A stretch of 63,954 nucleotides of DNA, filler included, from Thraustochytrium aureum (lineage: Eukaryota), in the NCBI GenBank assembly GCA_012862495.1. It is 7 parts of 6 records of this genome, joined end to end, with 100 filler letters (N's around TTAATTAATTAA, not from the genome) between each part and the next. Parts side by side here need not be neighbours in the genome. Positions count along the whole stretch, not along the records: positions 19,339 to 48,809 come from BLSG01000087.1; 6 more parts are not named here. One strand, written 5' to 3'. Positions within the stretch are counted from its first letter, which is position 1, and each line of letters starts with the position of its first letter. A program made the position numbers and the translations under genes. This document shows positions 35,620 through 46,783 of this stretch, piece by piece. The notes beneath the pieces are model-generated. The model made no database searches, was not told the DNA's origin, and worked only from the letters and a program-made list of their open reading frames with translations.

Positions 35620-36244
35620 CGGCAGTCTAGCTGCGCTACTAAGGCTGCTCGCTGAGAGGACCAGCCCCATGGGGACTGGAACGCTGACTGTGAGGCCACT
35701 CATGGGCGCCTCGATGCCAAATAAGAAATGAAAACTTACCCCGGCCTCAATTAGATCGCCAAGGTTTCTCGCCAAGAACGTCGCCGCCTCCCAACCTGTC
35801 ACATTCTTAGTCAGCCAGTTTGCCGACTCAGTCAACTCCAGCTCACGTAGTCCCTCGCTGGTGGCGCTGAAGGGGGCGAGAAACACAGCCAACGCTCTCG
35901 GCGGAGCGATCGCGCAGTTCTTCCATAGCATTGCGAAACCCGTGGTCCGTAAGCTCCCTTGCCGAAGACAAGAAGACGACAACGCGTTTTGGCCTTTTTG
36001 GAGCGCAACGACTCAAACGCCGAGCCAGCGACCTCAAGCTCGCGCAACCATGTGGTTTTGATGCCCCGCTTGTCAAGCCCTTTGCTGACTTTGTTAACCA
36101 GGCGGGCGTGCTGCTGCGTTGCAAGAAAGACACCCGGCAAACCTCATTGTGCGGGTCTCACAGGCACGTCTGCTCGGCGTTGCAGGTCGCCTCGCTCTGC
36201 AGCTGGGCGCTCGCGCAAAACGCCCTTGCCCCGGCCTCGTCCAT
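35620..36244 (-). pseudogene. Receptor remnant 2: start of type B ectodomain joined directly to a frameshifted VTGWEA TIR-like domain
   Basis: From ATG 36244 reads MDEAGARAFCASAQLQSEATCNAEQTCL*DP (TGA where paralogs have TGG). It continues across frames as FLATQQHARLV, VVVFLSSARELTDHGFRNAMEELR and ANWLTKNVTGWEA. Stalk and TM are absent. The 3' boundary is approximate. Confidence 0.7.
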
Positions 36245-37506
36245 TCTTGCCAGCAAGGCACTTTCCTGGAGGCACCGGCAGCAGGCCTGCCGCGACACCA
36301 AGCAAGACTCGGCTCCGCGTCCTCGCCAGGATCTGCTGGATGCTGGCTGGGGCAGTTCCGTTTGCTGCGCGAGGGTCGATACGTACAGGTTCGCGCCTCA
36401 CGTCCAGCCTCGCGGCTCTTGGAGATGGATCCCTGACCAATTCAATGATCTTGAAAGCTCAGGCTGGTCTTCGAGTGGCGCACGAGCTCGAGCCGCGCCT
36501 TGGCATCCGACTCGGAGTACTTTCGCACCAATGACCAATGCACGTTTGCTCGCACGGCTCTCGGCTCGGCCTTCGGAGTCGGGCGGGCGTGGAGCCGGCT
36601 GTCGCGACAACTCGGCGAGTCCTCCTTGCAGCCCAGCCAACCTGAGCGGGCCATGAGCGCAGGAAGGTCAGCAGCATTTGCGACGAGCGCAGGGTGTGCG
36701 GCCAATTCTTGCGCCGGCGTGAGCATGCGCGTCAAGTCTCCGGTCGAGGCCACGAGGAGGAGGCGGCCCAGTTCATTTCTCGCGTGGAGCCAGAATTCAG
36801 AGGGAAGAGCACCTCCTCGAGTACCCACCGACCGACCTACCGACCTTTGCGTTCAAGTTTGCGTTTGGATCGCTGCGAACGCGTTTCCGTGGAGCACGAG
36901 ATCTCATCGGAGCATCTCTTCAACGCGGAGTGCAACGCCACACGCAGCGCGTCGAGTGGCGCCTCTCGGACCATCATGAGAGCAGTTGCGTTTCGGTTTT
37001 AGCCACTGCTGCTCTGCTGGTCGCTTGCACAACCAAGACTGGTCGGACTGGTGCCACAGCGGTGCCGGCGCTGATCGAGGACGGGCATGGGCTGACCAGT
37101 TCAATGCGCCCCTAGTGAGAGCACGAGTCCCGAATCGAACGCTTCGTGCTGCGCTCGACGAAGGCCGAGAGCTGCTTTTTTTGCACCACGAAAAGGTTGC
37201 GCTCTTGTGCTCTGGCCGTCTTTGTCACCGTTCTCGCGTACGACGGCGTGCAAGGCAATGCCTACTCTACAGTGAGCGGGAATCGGTAACGGCCTTCGTA
37301 GCCGACACACTGATCTGCTTGCTTGCCTTCGAGCCGCTCAAAAGCGCTCTGTGGCGTTTGCTGAAACAATGGATAACCTGGACGAGTTCGCACAGGACGC
37401 CGAGGCGGGCTCCGAGGGCTGCACCGACCGCGGCTGCGGTCAAGCCCGGTACGGGGTCCTTCTCGTAAACGGGCCGTTTCGCCAAGCCAGCAATGATCCG
37501 ATCCAT

Positions 37507-38992
37507 TTACGCCTCATTCGCCCGCTTGTAGACATGATGGATGTGCGGGAACCTCCCAGTTGCAAAGTACGATTCCACGCCGGCCAGGACCAAGCGGTCC
37601 AGGTTGTATACCTTGAAGGGCTCTGCCTCCCAGCCCGTCACGTCCTGGAAAAGCCAGCTCGCCGCGTCGCTGTTCTCGGACTGTTTCAAGTCCTCCTTGA
37701 GCGCGTGCAGCGAGCTCAGAAAAACCGGCAAGACCTTCAACGGCACCACTTGGAAGCTGTCCGCATGGCGGTCGCGCAGCTCGCATAGCGCGGAGCGCAG
37801 CGCTGGGTCATCGACAAGCTCTTGCGAAGAGGAGAGCAACACCACCACAACGCATGCCTTATCGATGCACGACGGTCGGACGGCGCGGCTGGCTTGGTTT
37901 GCGGCGGGAGGCTCGATCACGCAATCGATGCCATTTGCAAGCAAGCCGTCCCGAACCGCTCGAGCCGGGCGAAAGTGATGTTTGTGGCACAGAATGACGA
38001 CCGGGCCGGTTGGCGCGATGGAGAGCTGTCCCAGTGGGCCGTCAAAGTCGCTCTTTGTTTGCCTTGCGCGACGACGACGCGAAAACCAGGCCACAAAACT
38101 TGCCACAAGCAAAAGCAAGCCCACTCCAGTCCCCACTCCAGCGTATACTCCCGCGTCGACTTGCTCCTGGGTGTCTTTTCCTGCAGCCGCAGGTTCGAGG
38201 GCGGATGGGCCCGAGGTTGCAGGCGCGCCGAGCGGTGCTGAAGTTGGACTAGTCTCACTGGCAGAGCTGTTGGTCGGCGCTGGGCTGGGCGGGTAAATGG
38301 GCTTGCGGCTGGGCGCTTGGCNNNNNNNNNNNNNNNNNNNNNNNNNNNNNNNNNNNNNNNNNNNNNNNNNNNNNNNNNNNNNNNNNNNNNNNNNNNNNNN
38401 NNNNNNNNNNNNNNNNNNNNNNNNNNNNNNNNNNNNNNNNNNNNNNNNNNNNNNNNNNNNNNNNNNNNNNNNNNNNNNNNNNNNNNNNNNNNNNNNNNNN
38501 NNNNNNNNNNNNNNNNNNNNNNNNNNNNNNNNNNNNNNNNNNNNNNNNNNNNNNNNNNNNNNNNNNNNNNNNNNNNNNNNNNNNNNNNNNNNNNNNNNNN
38601 NNNNNNNNNNNNNNNNNNNNNNNNNNNNNNNNNNNNNNNNNNNNNNNNNNNNNNNNNNNNNNNNNNNNNNNNNNNNNNNNNNNNNNNNNNNNNNNNNNNN
38701 NNNNNNNNNNNNNNNNNNNNNNNNNNNNNNNNNNNNNNNNNNNNNNNNNNNNNNNNNNNNNNNNNNNNNNNNNNNNNNNNNNNNNNNNNNNNNNNNNNNN
38801 NNNNNNNNNNNNNNNNNNNNNNNNNNNNNNNNNNNNNNNNNNNNNNNNNNNNNNNNNNNNNNNNNNNNNNNNNNNNNNNNNNNNNNNNNNNNNNNNNNNN
38901 NNNNNNNNNNNNNNNNNNNNNNNNNNNNNNNNNNNNNNNNNNNNNNNNNNNNNNNNNNNNNNNNNNNNNNNNNNNNNNNNNNNNNNNNNCAT
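37507..38992 (-). CDS. Receptor 3: (ectodomain in N gap) - PST stalk - TM - VTGWEA TIR-like domain
   Basis: Stalk at 38200-38320; TM VGLLLLVASFVAWF followed by SRRRR; PVVILCH...VVVVLLSS...ALCELR...VLPVFL...WLFQDVTGWEA. The putative ATG is at the gap edge (38992). Confidence 0.7.
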
Positions 38993-39811
38993 GCTGATGG
39001 CTTTGGACCAGAATGGCGACGGGTCGTCGGGCGCGCAAGCGCGATGCAGAGTTCTGTTGCGAGCTTAACGCAACTGAAGCGCTTTCGCGCAGCTCTGCGC
39101 GCGACAGGAAACCAACGAAAACAAAACGCAACAACTGGGGATTAGCAGGTGACCGTTCTTGGCTCTGACGGCCCCGCGAGGGACCGGCGCAACGGTCAGA
39201 GCTATGCTCACCTCCGCAGCGCGGCTTGTCGGCATGCTGCACAGCTCGGGGCTAGGCTGGCCCCTGACTTGGAGCCTGAGTGGGGATTTGCTCGAAGGCT
39301 TGCTTGGGTGGTCGTTGTGGTAGTTGAGAGAAGCGAGCAGTACCTATGTGCCCTTCGCATGACCATGGGACTGGGGAAAGGGGCTGGCCCTGCATGCCTT
39401 GACGGTGTCGGATTTGTCGCACTCCGGATTCAGTCAGGCAAAGCGGATCCGTGCGCCCTCTGGCTACTGCGCACGTGACCGCAACACGGCAAGCTGGCGT
39501 GGAAAGGCGCTGCTCGCTGTTCATGTGCGGGCGCTGAAGCGAAACAGTTCCGATACCTTGCATCCGCTTGCTGGGCGGTCCCACAGACAGGTCTTTTCTG
39601 CGTTGCATTCCATCAGTCCTGAATGCGCCACAGAACGCTGTCGCGCCATGCACGTCCCTCTTCGTTCGCTGCATTGCCACCTGGCGTCAACGCCACTGAC
39701 ATGCCCAACAGCGCTCTCTGTCTGCTAGTCACCTTCGCTGCACATCGCAGTATTGCGATTCGTGCGTTGGACTTCCTTGTATTCAATTGGAGAGGACTTT
39801 CTTTTCTTCCG

Positions 39812-41275
39812 TCATTTGCGTTTGTACACATCCTTCAAGGGCGGAATGCGCTCTGTGGATAAGAATTGTTCCACTCCAATGTAGATGAGCTGGTCTAGGC
39901 CATCCGTCACGTACTGCGCTGCCTCCCATCCCGTCACGTTATTCCAAAGCCAATCCACGGACTCGGCATGCGACGACAAAGTAGACCGGTAGTCGCTCTT
40001 CAAGCCTACAAGCGGCGTCATGTATACCACGAGTACAGTAACACACGAATCACGCTCTCCTTCCGCATGCAGATCTCGTAGCTCGCGGATGGCATCTTGT
40101 AGCTTTGGAGAACTGTCATACTCTCTCGCGGAGGGAAAAATGACGACCGCAAATTCGGCTTCCTGTAAGCGATGCGCAGTCATCTGGTCGTCTGAAGCAG
40201 TCTCGGGATCGACAGGACGCACGGAATCCAAAGGGGCCACAATCTCGCAGGTAAACCGCTTGCCTTTGTCCTGCAAGAAGCGGTCTTGGAGCGCCTTGGC
40301 CAGGGCGCTTTTTCCCCGATGGCAAATAACGACGACTCGCAGGGCATGCTTCGGGCTGGGCAGCCAGCATGCTGCACGAGCAAGNNNNNNNNNNNNNNNN
40401 NNNNNNNNNNNNNNNNNNNNNNNNNNNNNNNNNNNNNNNNNNNNNNNNNNNNNNNNNNNNNNNNNNNNNNNNNNNNNNNNNNNNNNNNNNNNNNNNNNNN
40501 NNNNNNNNNNNNNNNNNNNNNNNNNNNNNNNNNNNNNNNNNNNNNNNNNNNNNNNNNNNNNNNNNNNNNNNNNNNNNNNNNNNNNNNNNNNNNNNNNNNN
40601 NNNNNNNNNNNNNNNNNNNNNNNNNNNNNNNTTGTTGGACGCTGGAATTGGCGATCTTGTCGGCGGTGGGCTCGGAGTTCGGCTTGGGGCAGGACTCGGG
40701 CCTGCGCTAGGGGACTTGCTTGGGCCTGCGCTAGGGGACTTGCTTGGGCCTGGGCTAGGCGATTTGCTCGGGCCTGGGCTAGGTGACTTGCTCGGCCGGC
40801 CTGACGGAGTCTCCGTTGGGGACTTGGTCGGCGGCGTCGGTCGCGGTACGGAGAGTGCAGGGGATCCGCAGTCAGTGCAGTCTGTCCCCAGAGAGCAAGA
40901 GCTTGAACTCGAACCCAGCCTGCCATCATCGCAGAATGGCAAGACGGACGCACATCCAAACGCACCGCCATCCTCGACACGAAAGCAACTATCAAAGCAC
41001 AGGTCAGCAGTAGGGTTTGTCGAGCTCGGGCATGTGCCACACGTGACAGGGCACTGCCGCCGAACGCGTTCGCCCCTGTTGGTTTGCTCACCGCAGTACC
41101 CAGCCAGCCCTGCACACGACACGCGAAAGGCCACAGCGCACGGCACGGCTGGGTCTACGAACGGATTAGGGCTATCCCCAACGTGACCCTCCCATCCGGG
41201 GCACCACTGCGCGGCCGCCGCTAAGCAGGCATGCGCGGCGATCACCGCGGCCAGGCCGGCCTTCCGCTGCCACAT
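39812..41275 (-). CDS. Receptor 4: signal - ShK-like type A ectodomain - stalk - (TM in gap) - VTGWEA TIR-like domain
   Basis: MWQRKAGLAAVIAAHACLAAAA|QWCPGWE; RRQCPVTCGTC; GTDCTDCG; PSKSPS repeats; RVVVICHRG...AVVIFPS...AIRELR...VLVVY...WLWNNVTGWEA. Confidence 0.8.
   Translation of the reverse strand: MWQRKAGLAAVIAAHACLAAAAQWCPGWEGHVGDSPNPFVDPAVPCAVAFRVSCAGLAGYCGEQTNRGERVRRQCPVTCGTCPSSTNPTADLCFDSCFRVEDGGAFGCASVLPFCDDGRLGSSSSSCSLGTDCTDCGSPALSVPRPTPPTKSPTETPSGRPSKSPSPGPSKSPSPGPSKSPSAGPSKSPSAGPSPAPSRTPSPPPTRSPIPASNXXXXXXXXXXXXXXXXXXXXXXXXXXXXXXXXXXXXXXXXXXXXXXXXXXXXXXXXXXXXXXXXXXXXXXXXXXXXXXXXXXXLARAACWLPSPKHALRVVVICHRGKSALAKALQDRFLQDKGKRFTCEIVAPLDSVRPVDPETASDDQMTAHRLQEAEFAVVIFPSAREYDSSPKLQDAIRELRDLHAEGERDSCVTVLVVYMTPLVGLKSDYRSTLSSHAESVDWLWNNVTGWEAAQYVTDGLDQLIYIGVEQFLSTERIPPLKDVYKRK
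40690..40795 (-). repeat. Coding 24-bp tandem repeat (PSKSPS[P/A]G x4) in receptor stalk
   Basis: Repeated gggcctg(c/g)gctagg(g/c/t)ga(c/t)ttgct units. Confidence 0.8.
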
Positions 41276-41924
41276 CCCGATAGTGCTCTGCGTTGCATCA
41301 ACATACAGCGAGCTGGCAAGTGGCGAAGAGTATTGACCGAGCGCGTTGCGCTCTCATGGCCGCACCGCTCTGGATGCCGGGCAGGTCCCGGCAGAGGCGC
41401 AGCAGCAAAACAGCTGCCGAGTTAGCCAGCGGCACGCACGCCAGTATGCGTCGAGGCGGCAAGGCGCCTTGCTCTTCTTTTTTCCCGTTTCTCGCTCTTG
41501 ACCGTGGAGTGCACGGCTCGGGGTTTTGTTTCGTTTCGGGCTTGCCAAGTGCACGATACTCAGCCCTCGCATCGAATCCGAGCTCAAGAGTCGTCGCCTT
41601 GGTGAATTGATGCCCGACTGGCGCGAAACACGGACGGCGCGCTATCGATGGCGGCCGGTTCGGTCGAGGTGTGACCGAGGTTGACCCTGGCTTGAGAGAG
41701 TCCATCCAGTGCCACCACTGACTTCATCCATCATCCCTTCATACTACGCTCTTGGCAGAGGTGACCGACATTGTCAACGTGGTTGATGCACTCCTCGATC
41801 TCTCCGGCAGGCCGAGCGAGCACAGGCGGCTCCAGCAGCTCCAGGACGCTTGAGCGCGCTCGTGTTGCGCAGACCCGAGACGGATTCGGTACTCGCGGAC
41901 CAGCCGCAGCGCGCCGGCAGGTAG

Positions 41925-43463
41925 ATGGCGCTGCGACGGGGCAAGCGGGGGGTGGTGGCAGCTGCGGCGGTGGCCACGCTGCGCTCTGGCTTGGCAGCCG
42001 CGCTGTGGTGCCCCGGATGGGAAGGCTATATTGAAGACGCGCCGTTCGCTACGACAATTGTCATCGATAGGCCTTGTCCAGCATGGCATTACGAATGGCA
42101 GGGGGAACTCGTGACTGCTGCAACGTGCTCAGAGCTCGTTAGTTACTGCAGCGAGCAGACCCCCCTCGGGGAGCGCGTTCGGCGTCAGTGCCCCGTTTCG
42201 TGTGGGTCCTGCCCGAGTGCGACGAGCTCGGTCGCCGACCTTTGCTTTGACACTTGCACAACTCGCGTTGAGGACGACGGCGCAGTGGGCTGCTCCGATG
42301 TCGCGCCGGTAGGGCTATGCGACGATGGTAGGGCGGGCTCGATTTCCACGGCCTGCCCTCGAGGGACCGACTGCTCCGACTGTGGGGTTGCTCTCTCCGT
42401 ACCGCGGCCGACGCCGCCGACCAGCTTTCCCACAGCGCATCCCTCAACCAAAGCACCGACGAAAAGCCCGTCACGTCGGCCGACCAAGTCGCCCTCGAGC
42501 GGCCCGTCACGTCACCCTTCCAAGGCCCCGACAGCAGGCCCGACGCGTCAGCCGAGCAGGTCGCCGAGCAACTCGCCTAGTGCTCACCCGAGCGTTTCAA
42601 CAGGCGGAACTTCCAGCGGAGCTCCAACTCGGGCGCCGAGCGCCGCACCGAGCGCAGCCCCGAGCGCTGCCCCGAGCGCTGCCCCGAGCGCCGCGCTCGC
42701 GTCGGGACAAGCAAGCAGGGATCCAACATCGGCGCCGACGCTTGGCCCGACGGCTTTGCGAATCAGCGAAGACGACCCCTCGGAAAGTCTCGGCGCTGGT
42801 GCGATTGTTGGGATCCTCCTTGGGCTTGCTTTGCTCGCTGCCATCTTTGCTTTTGTGCGGCGGAAGAGATATCCTTCAATTATCGCGGGCGAGAAATCGC
42901 AGCAGACTTCCTATGATGTGTTCATCGTGCACCGCGGTGATAACAAGTTCGACGCCAATATAGTCCGAGAAAAGCTGGAAATGCTCGAACGCCTCAGGCC
43001 ATTCTTGGACGCCAAGAGCCTGAAAGTCGGTGGCGACCCCACAGCGGAAATGCAACGCACCCTTAGCGAAGCACCGGTCATTTTGATCCTGATCAGCCTG
43101 ATCAGCTTTTTCGACTCCAAGTATTGCGTCCAGGAAGCCCGGACAGCCCTGGAACGTGAAGCAGAGGTCAAAGGCACAGTCATCGTTTACTTCTTGGGAA
43201 GTCAGGAAGAAGTCGAGGAGCACCTCAGAAAACCAGACCTCAGCAAGGACGAGCGAGAGTTGCTTCCCAAGCTCTTTGCACTCGATTCACAGAGGCTCTT
43301 CGAGGGTGGCGACGATTCCTATAGCTCTCTTTTGAAGCTCGTCGCTGATGCGGTGAAGCGCAATAAGAAGCAAAGGGCTGTCCCGAGCGAAATGCCCTTG
43401 GCCGCGACGGGCGCCGCGAGCGAACAAGGTCAATCTAGCCCGGTAGCGAGCTCTACAACCTGA
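41925..43463 (+). CDS. Receptor 5: signal - ShK-like type A ectodomain - stalk - TM - canonical TIR (complete, uninterrupted 512-aa ORF)
   Basis: LWCPGWE; RRQCPVSCGSC; GTDCSDCG; PSAA repeats; TM AIVGILLGLALLAAIFAFV followed by RRKR; TIR YDVFIVHRG...PFLD...FFDSKYCVQE. Confidence 0.9.
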   Translation: MALRRGKRGVVAAAAVATLRSGLAAALWCPGWEGYIEDAPFATTIVIDRPCPAWHYEWQGELVTAATCSELVSYCSEQTPLGERVRRQCPVSCGSCPSATSSVADLCFDTCTTRVEDDGAVGCSDVAPVGLCDDGRAGSISTACPRGTDCSDCGVALSVPRPTPPTSFPTAHPSTKAPTKSPSRRPTKSPSSGPSRHPSKAPTAGPTRQPSRSPSNSPSAHPSVSTGGTSSGAPTRAPSAAPSAAPSAAPSAAPSAALASGQASRDPTSAPTLGPTALRISEDDPSESLGAGAIVGILLGLALLAAIFAFVRRKRYPSIIAGEKSQQTSYDVFIVHRGDNKFDANIVREKLEMLERLRPFLDAKSLKVGGDPTAEMQRTLSEAPVILILISLISFFDSKYCVQEARTALEREAEVKGTVIVYFLGSQEEVEEHLRKPDLSKDERELLPKLFALDSQRLFEGGDDSYSSLLKLVADAVKRNKKQRAVPSEMPLAATGAASEQGQSSPVASSTT

Positions 43464-44961
43464 CGCAACTCGATGAAGACTGTTTTCTAGAATGCTGTGC
43501 GCGACCGCCGGGAGACCATGGAACGCGACGAGGCGCAGAGGCAAGAGCGTCAATAAGTCCGCGGCGTGACCAGACTTTTTAAACAGGACCCACGGCGGTT
43601 AAGAAGTGCTCTTGACCATCGGGCTCCTCCCATTCAAAATGCGAGAGCGGGAACCTGGTCAGTGGATAGGCGNNNNNNNNNNNNNNNNNNNNNNNNNNNN
43701 NNNNNNNNNNNNNNNNNNNNNNNNNNNNNNNNNNNNNNNNNNNNNNNNNNNNNNNNNNNNNNNNNNNNNNNNNNNNNNNNNNNNNNNNNNNNNNNNNNNN
43801 NNNNNNNNNNNNNNNNNNNNNNNNNNNNNNNNNNNNNNNNNNNNNNNNNNNNNNNNNNNNNNNTTTCCCTGCTCTGCTCGGCTTGCGAATGCTGTACCCG
43901 AAAGTGCCGGGCGGCGATTCCGCCCTCGAGTCTGCCGGCTGTTGTTCACGAAACTCGGCTGCTTTTGGCATTTTGAACGTCGGCGTACGTGCCGACCTGA
44001 TGCGATGCAAGCGAAACTCGTGGAGCGTCCCTGCTCGCTTGCGTCAAGAGGCTTCACCTAAAGCATCACGCTGACCACCCCTATTTCTCTCCATGCTTGC
44101 TTTTTAAATTGTGCTGTCCGGACAGCGTGCAAGTGCAGGCGAACGTATTCCCTAGCGACGGCTTTGGCGGCTCCCATCCCCACGTAGAGTTCGCATCTGA
44201 GTAGAGTACAACTGGCTGGTCCAACCAGCAGGGTCGTTGAACCAATCGCATGATCATGTTCGCTGGTGATTCTCGCCAGCGCCCCCTTCATTCTTGGCCA
44301 ACACCGCGACGCGAACAACTTGCGACCACGCAGGCACATGCAAGCTCGACTTCGGCGACACACGCCACGGGCAGGGCGGCCGCGACGACAGCATCGAGCT
44401 CGATGCTGCCAGAGGATGGGCATGTGGAGATGAGTGAGATCACAGGATCATCTGGGCATATTTTCCGACAGATCGACACTGTACCGACGCGCACGTCGAG
44501 AAAAAGCGCGCTCGAGCCATTCCTTGCTGTTCACAAGACGAGGTGGGCACCAACTAAACCGAGGTGTGTCGGTCGTTCGTCCGGGTGCATGGCGCGTGCC
44601 AGACGCGTTTGCTGTAGCCAGCAAAGGTAGGTACAACGTCGCCCGCAAGGCTCAACAGGGCCTCATGGATCTGCGCTTCTCGTGGCCCCGCGCGCGCTCA
44701 AGTGTCGCGCTCAAGTCTCATCGCTGGATGACAGAATCGCATCGCATTTTTCAACTGGATCGAGACGCATGCTGGCCGGCCGACGAACGGACTGCGTGCG
44801 GGTGCACGCAGTGCCCACCGGGTGTGGTAGAGCCGAATCTCGCAGAACTCCGTGGGGCAAGGCTCGCCGAGCTTGCGTAGCAGAGTCGAGACTCGCAGCA
44901 CTCCGCGGGCGCAAGGTTCGACCACAGGCGCCAAGCCGGCGTTGCAGACGGTAGACGGGGG

Positions 44962-46353
44962 ATGGATAAGGCCGAGGCCGAAGCGTTCTGCGGCGAGTTT
45001 CTGGGGCAGACCAGCTGCAATGCGGAGCAGACGTGCTTGTGGAATCCCATGGCCGGGAGCTGCATGGTCGCCTTGACGTTCAACTTTTGCCAAGCGATGA
45101 ACGGGGACCCGGTCGACTGCGGCTTTTGGTCGCAATGCGAGTTCAAGACGGTGAACGGCATTCCAAACACTTGCACCGCCGCGCAGCGGCCGGCGGGATG
45201 GAATTGCGAGCAACCTGATTACAACCAAAATCGTTGCCACTGCGGATGCGGGATCTGGGACCCGGATTGCGACAAGTCTCCCCCGGACGACGCGAACGAT
45301 GCGAAAGCCACGTGCGGGCCGTGGGCTTCCCAAATTCCAGAGATCGGCAAGTACTGCGACTACTCGTCAAACACCTGCGCGACTCTGAGCCCAACCGCGT
45401 TACCGACCAGAACGCCAACGAGCCACCCGAAGCAGGGCACCGAGCAAAGCCCCGAGCAAAGCTCCAACACGAACACCGACCGAGGCGCCGAGCACTCGGC
45501 CCAGCGCAACCCCGAGCGCAACCCCGAGCGCATCGCCAAGTGCTATGGTAGCAACCCAAGCACCGAGCCACGCGCCGAGCTTGTCCCCACATCGGCAGCC
45601 GACGGGCAGTGTAACGGGCGGCAGCCCAACGACCCGGGCGCCGTCCGGTTTGCTTCCGACCAGTTCGCCAACGCCCTTCCTTGCTGCTGCAGCCCTCGCT
45701 GACGAAGGCGAGAGTGTCGCAGTCATTGTCGGGGCGACTGCGGCCGGTATTCTTTGCTTGCTTGGCGTTCTCGTCTTTTGGCTGTGCCGCAGGAGATCGT
45801 CAGGGCCAGCTTCCGGCCCTCGGGGGCCGGTCGTCATCCTTTGCCACAGGCAGCACGGCAACATAGCTCGAAATATCCTTGCGGGTCTGTGCGACAAGGG
45901 CTTCGAGTGCGCGATTGAGCCTCCGCTGAAGCCCGAGGATGCCGTCGCCGGCCAGCCTTCCAGCCTGGAGAAAGCCCAGCTCGTTGTCGTTCTCCTCGCA
46001 TCCGTGAAAGAGCTAGACGATGATCCCGCGCTCGCCAACGCCCTTCGCGCGTTGCGCGGTCGTCACGCGGAGGCCAGAGGCCAGGGTCTCGTTGTCTTTC
46101 CAGTGCATTTGAGCTCGCTCGGCGCGATCAAGACCGGCTCTGGAGAGTCTGCATGTTTGGACGTTCTGAACTGGCTTACCCACGAGGTGACCGGGTGGGA
46201 GGCAGAGCCGTACAAGGCAGGCAGCCTGGACCTCCTCGTCATCCATGGCGTGGAATCTTACTTTGCAACAAGCACGATCCCCCAATCAACGCGGCCTTCC
46301 ACCACGTGGAGCCCCCACGCCTCGAGAGCAATCCGCCGAGCGCAAGGCAATGA
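44962..46353 (+). CDS. Receptor 6: type B Cys-rich ectodomain - stalk - TM - VTGWEA TIR-like domain; frameshifts near 45430 and 46283
   Basis: CNAEQTCLWNP, RPAGWNC, CHCGCGIWDPDC; stalk; TM VAVIVGATAAGILCLLGVLVFWL followed by CRRR; PVVILCH...WLTHEVTGWEA. The start and signal peptide are uncertain. Confidence 0.75.
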
Positions 46354-46783
46354 TCATGATGATGGATGATGCGGCTGATGATGAACGGGAAAAGGACGAT
46401 GATTCATTGATGAACGAAAAAGCACTCGGCAAGTCCGCAAACAAGGTGTGTACCCCTCTGCTCACAAATAGGCCCAGGCCTGCCTTGCACACTCTGCCTA
46501 CCAGCCAGCCAGCCAGCCCCACGAAAAACGTGGTGAGAGTAAGCGAACAAGTGCGAGTGGGTACAGGGCGTCAAGTTGAACCGGATGGCGCACCGGCAGG
46601 AGACCGGCAGAGCTGCTGCCCGATCACAAGCTGCGGCCGAGCAGCGAGCAGCTTGATCACTCAACAGCAGACCTGAAACGAAATCAGGAGCGGAAGGCCG
46701 CGAGAGCCCGACGGCGACAGGGCGCTTCATGCACCAACCACGACGCACGAAGCTTTACGAGAACGGACTAGCGTTGCTTGGGG

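Noticed and set aside
36442..37506. Short minus-strand ORFs (36442-36828, 37267-37506) inside the receptor cluster
   Set aside because: No recognisable motif or similarity to the paralogs. They may be decayed genes but cannot be supported.
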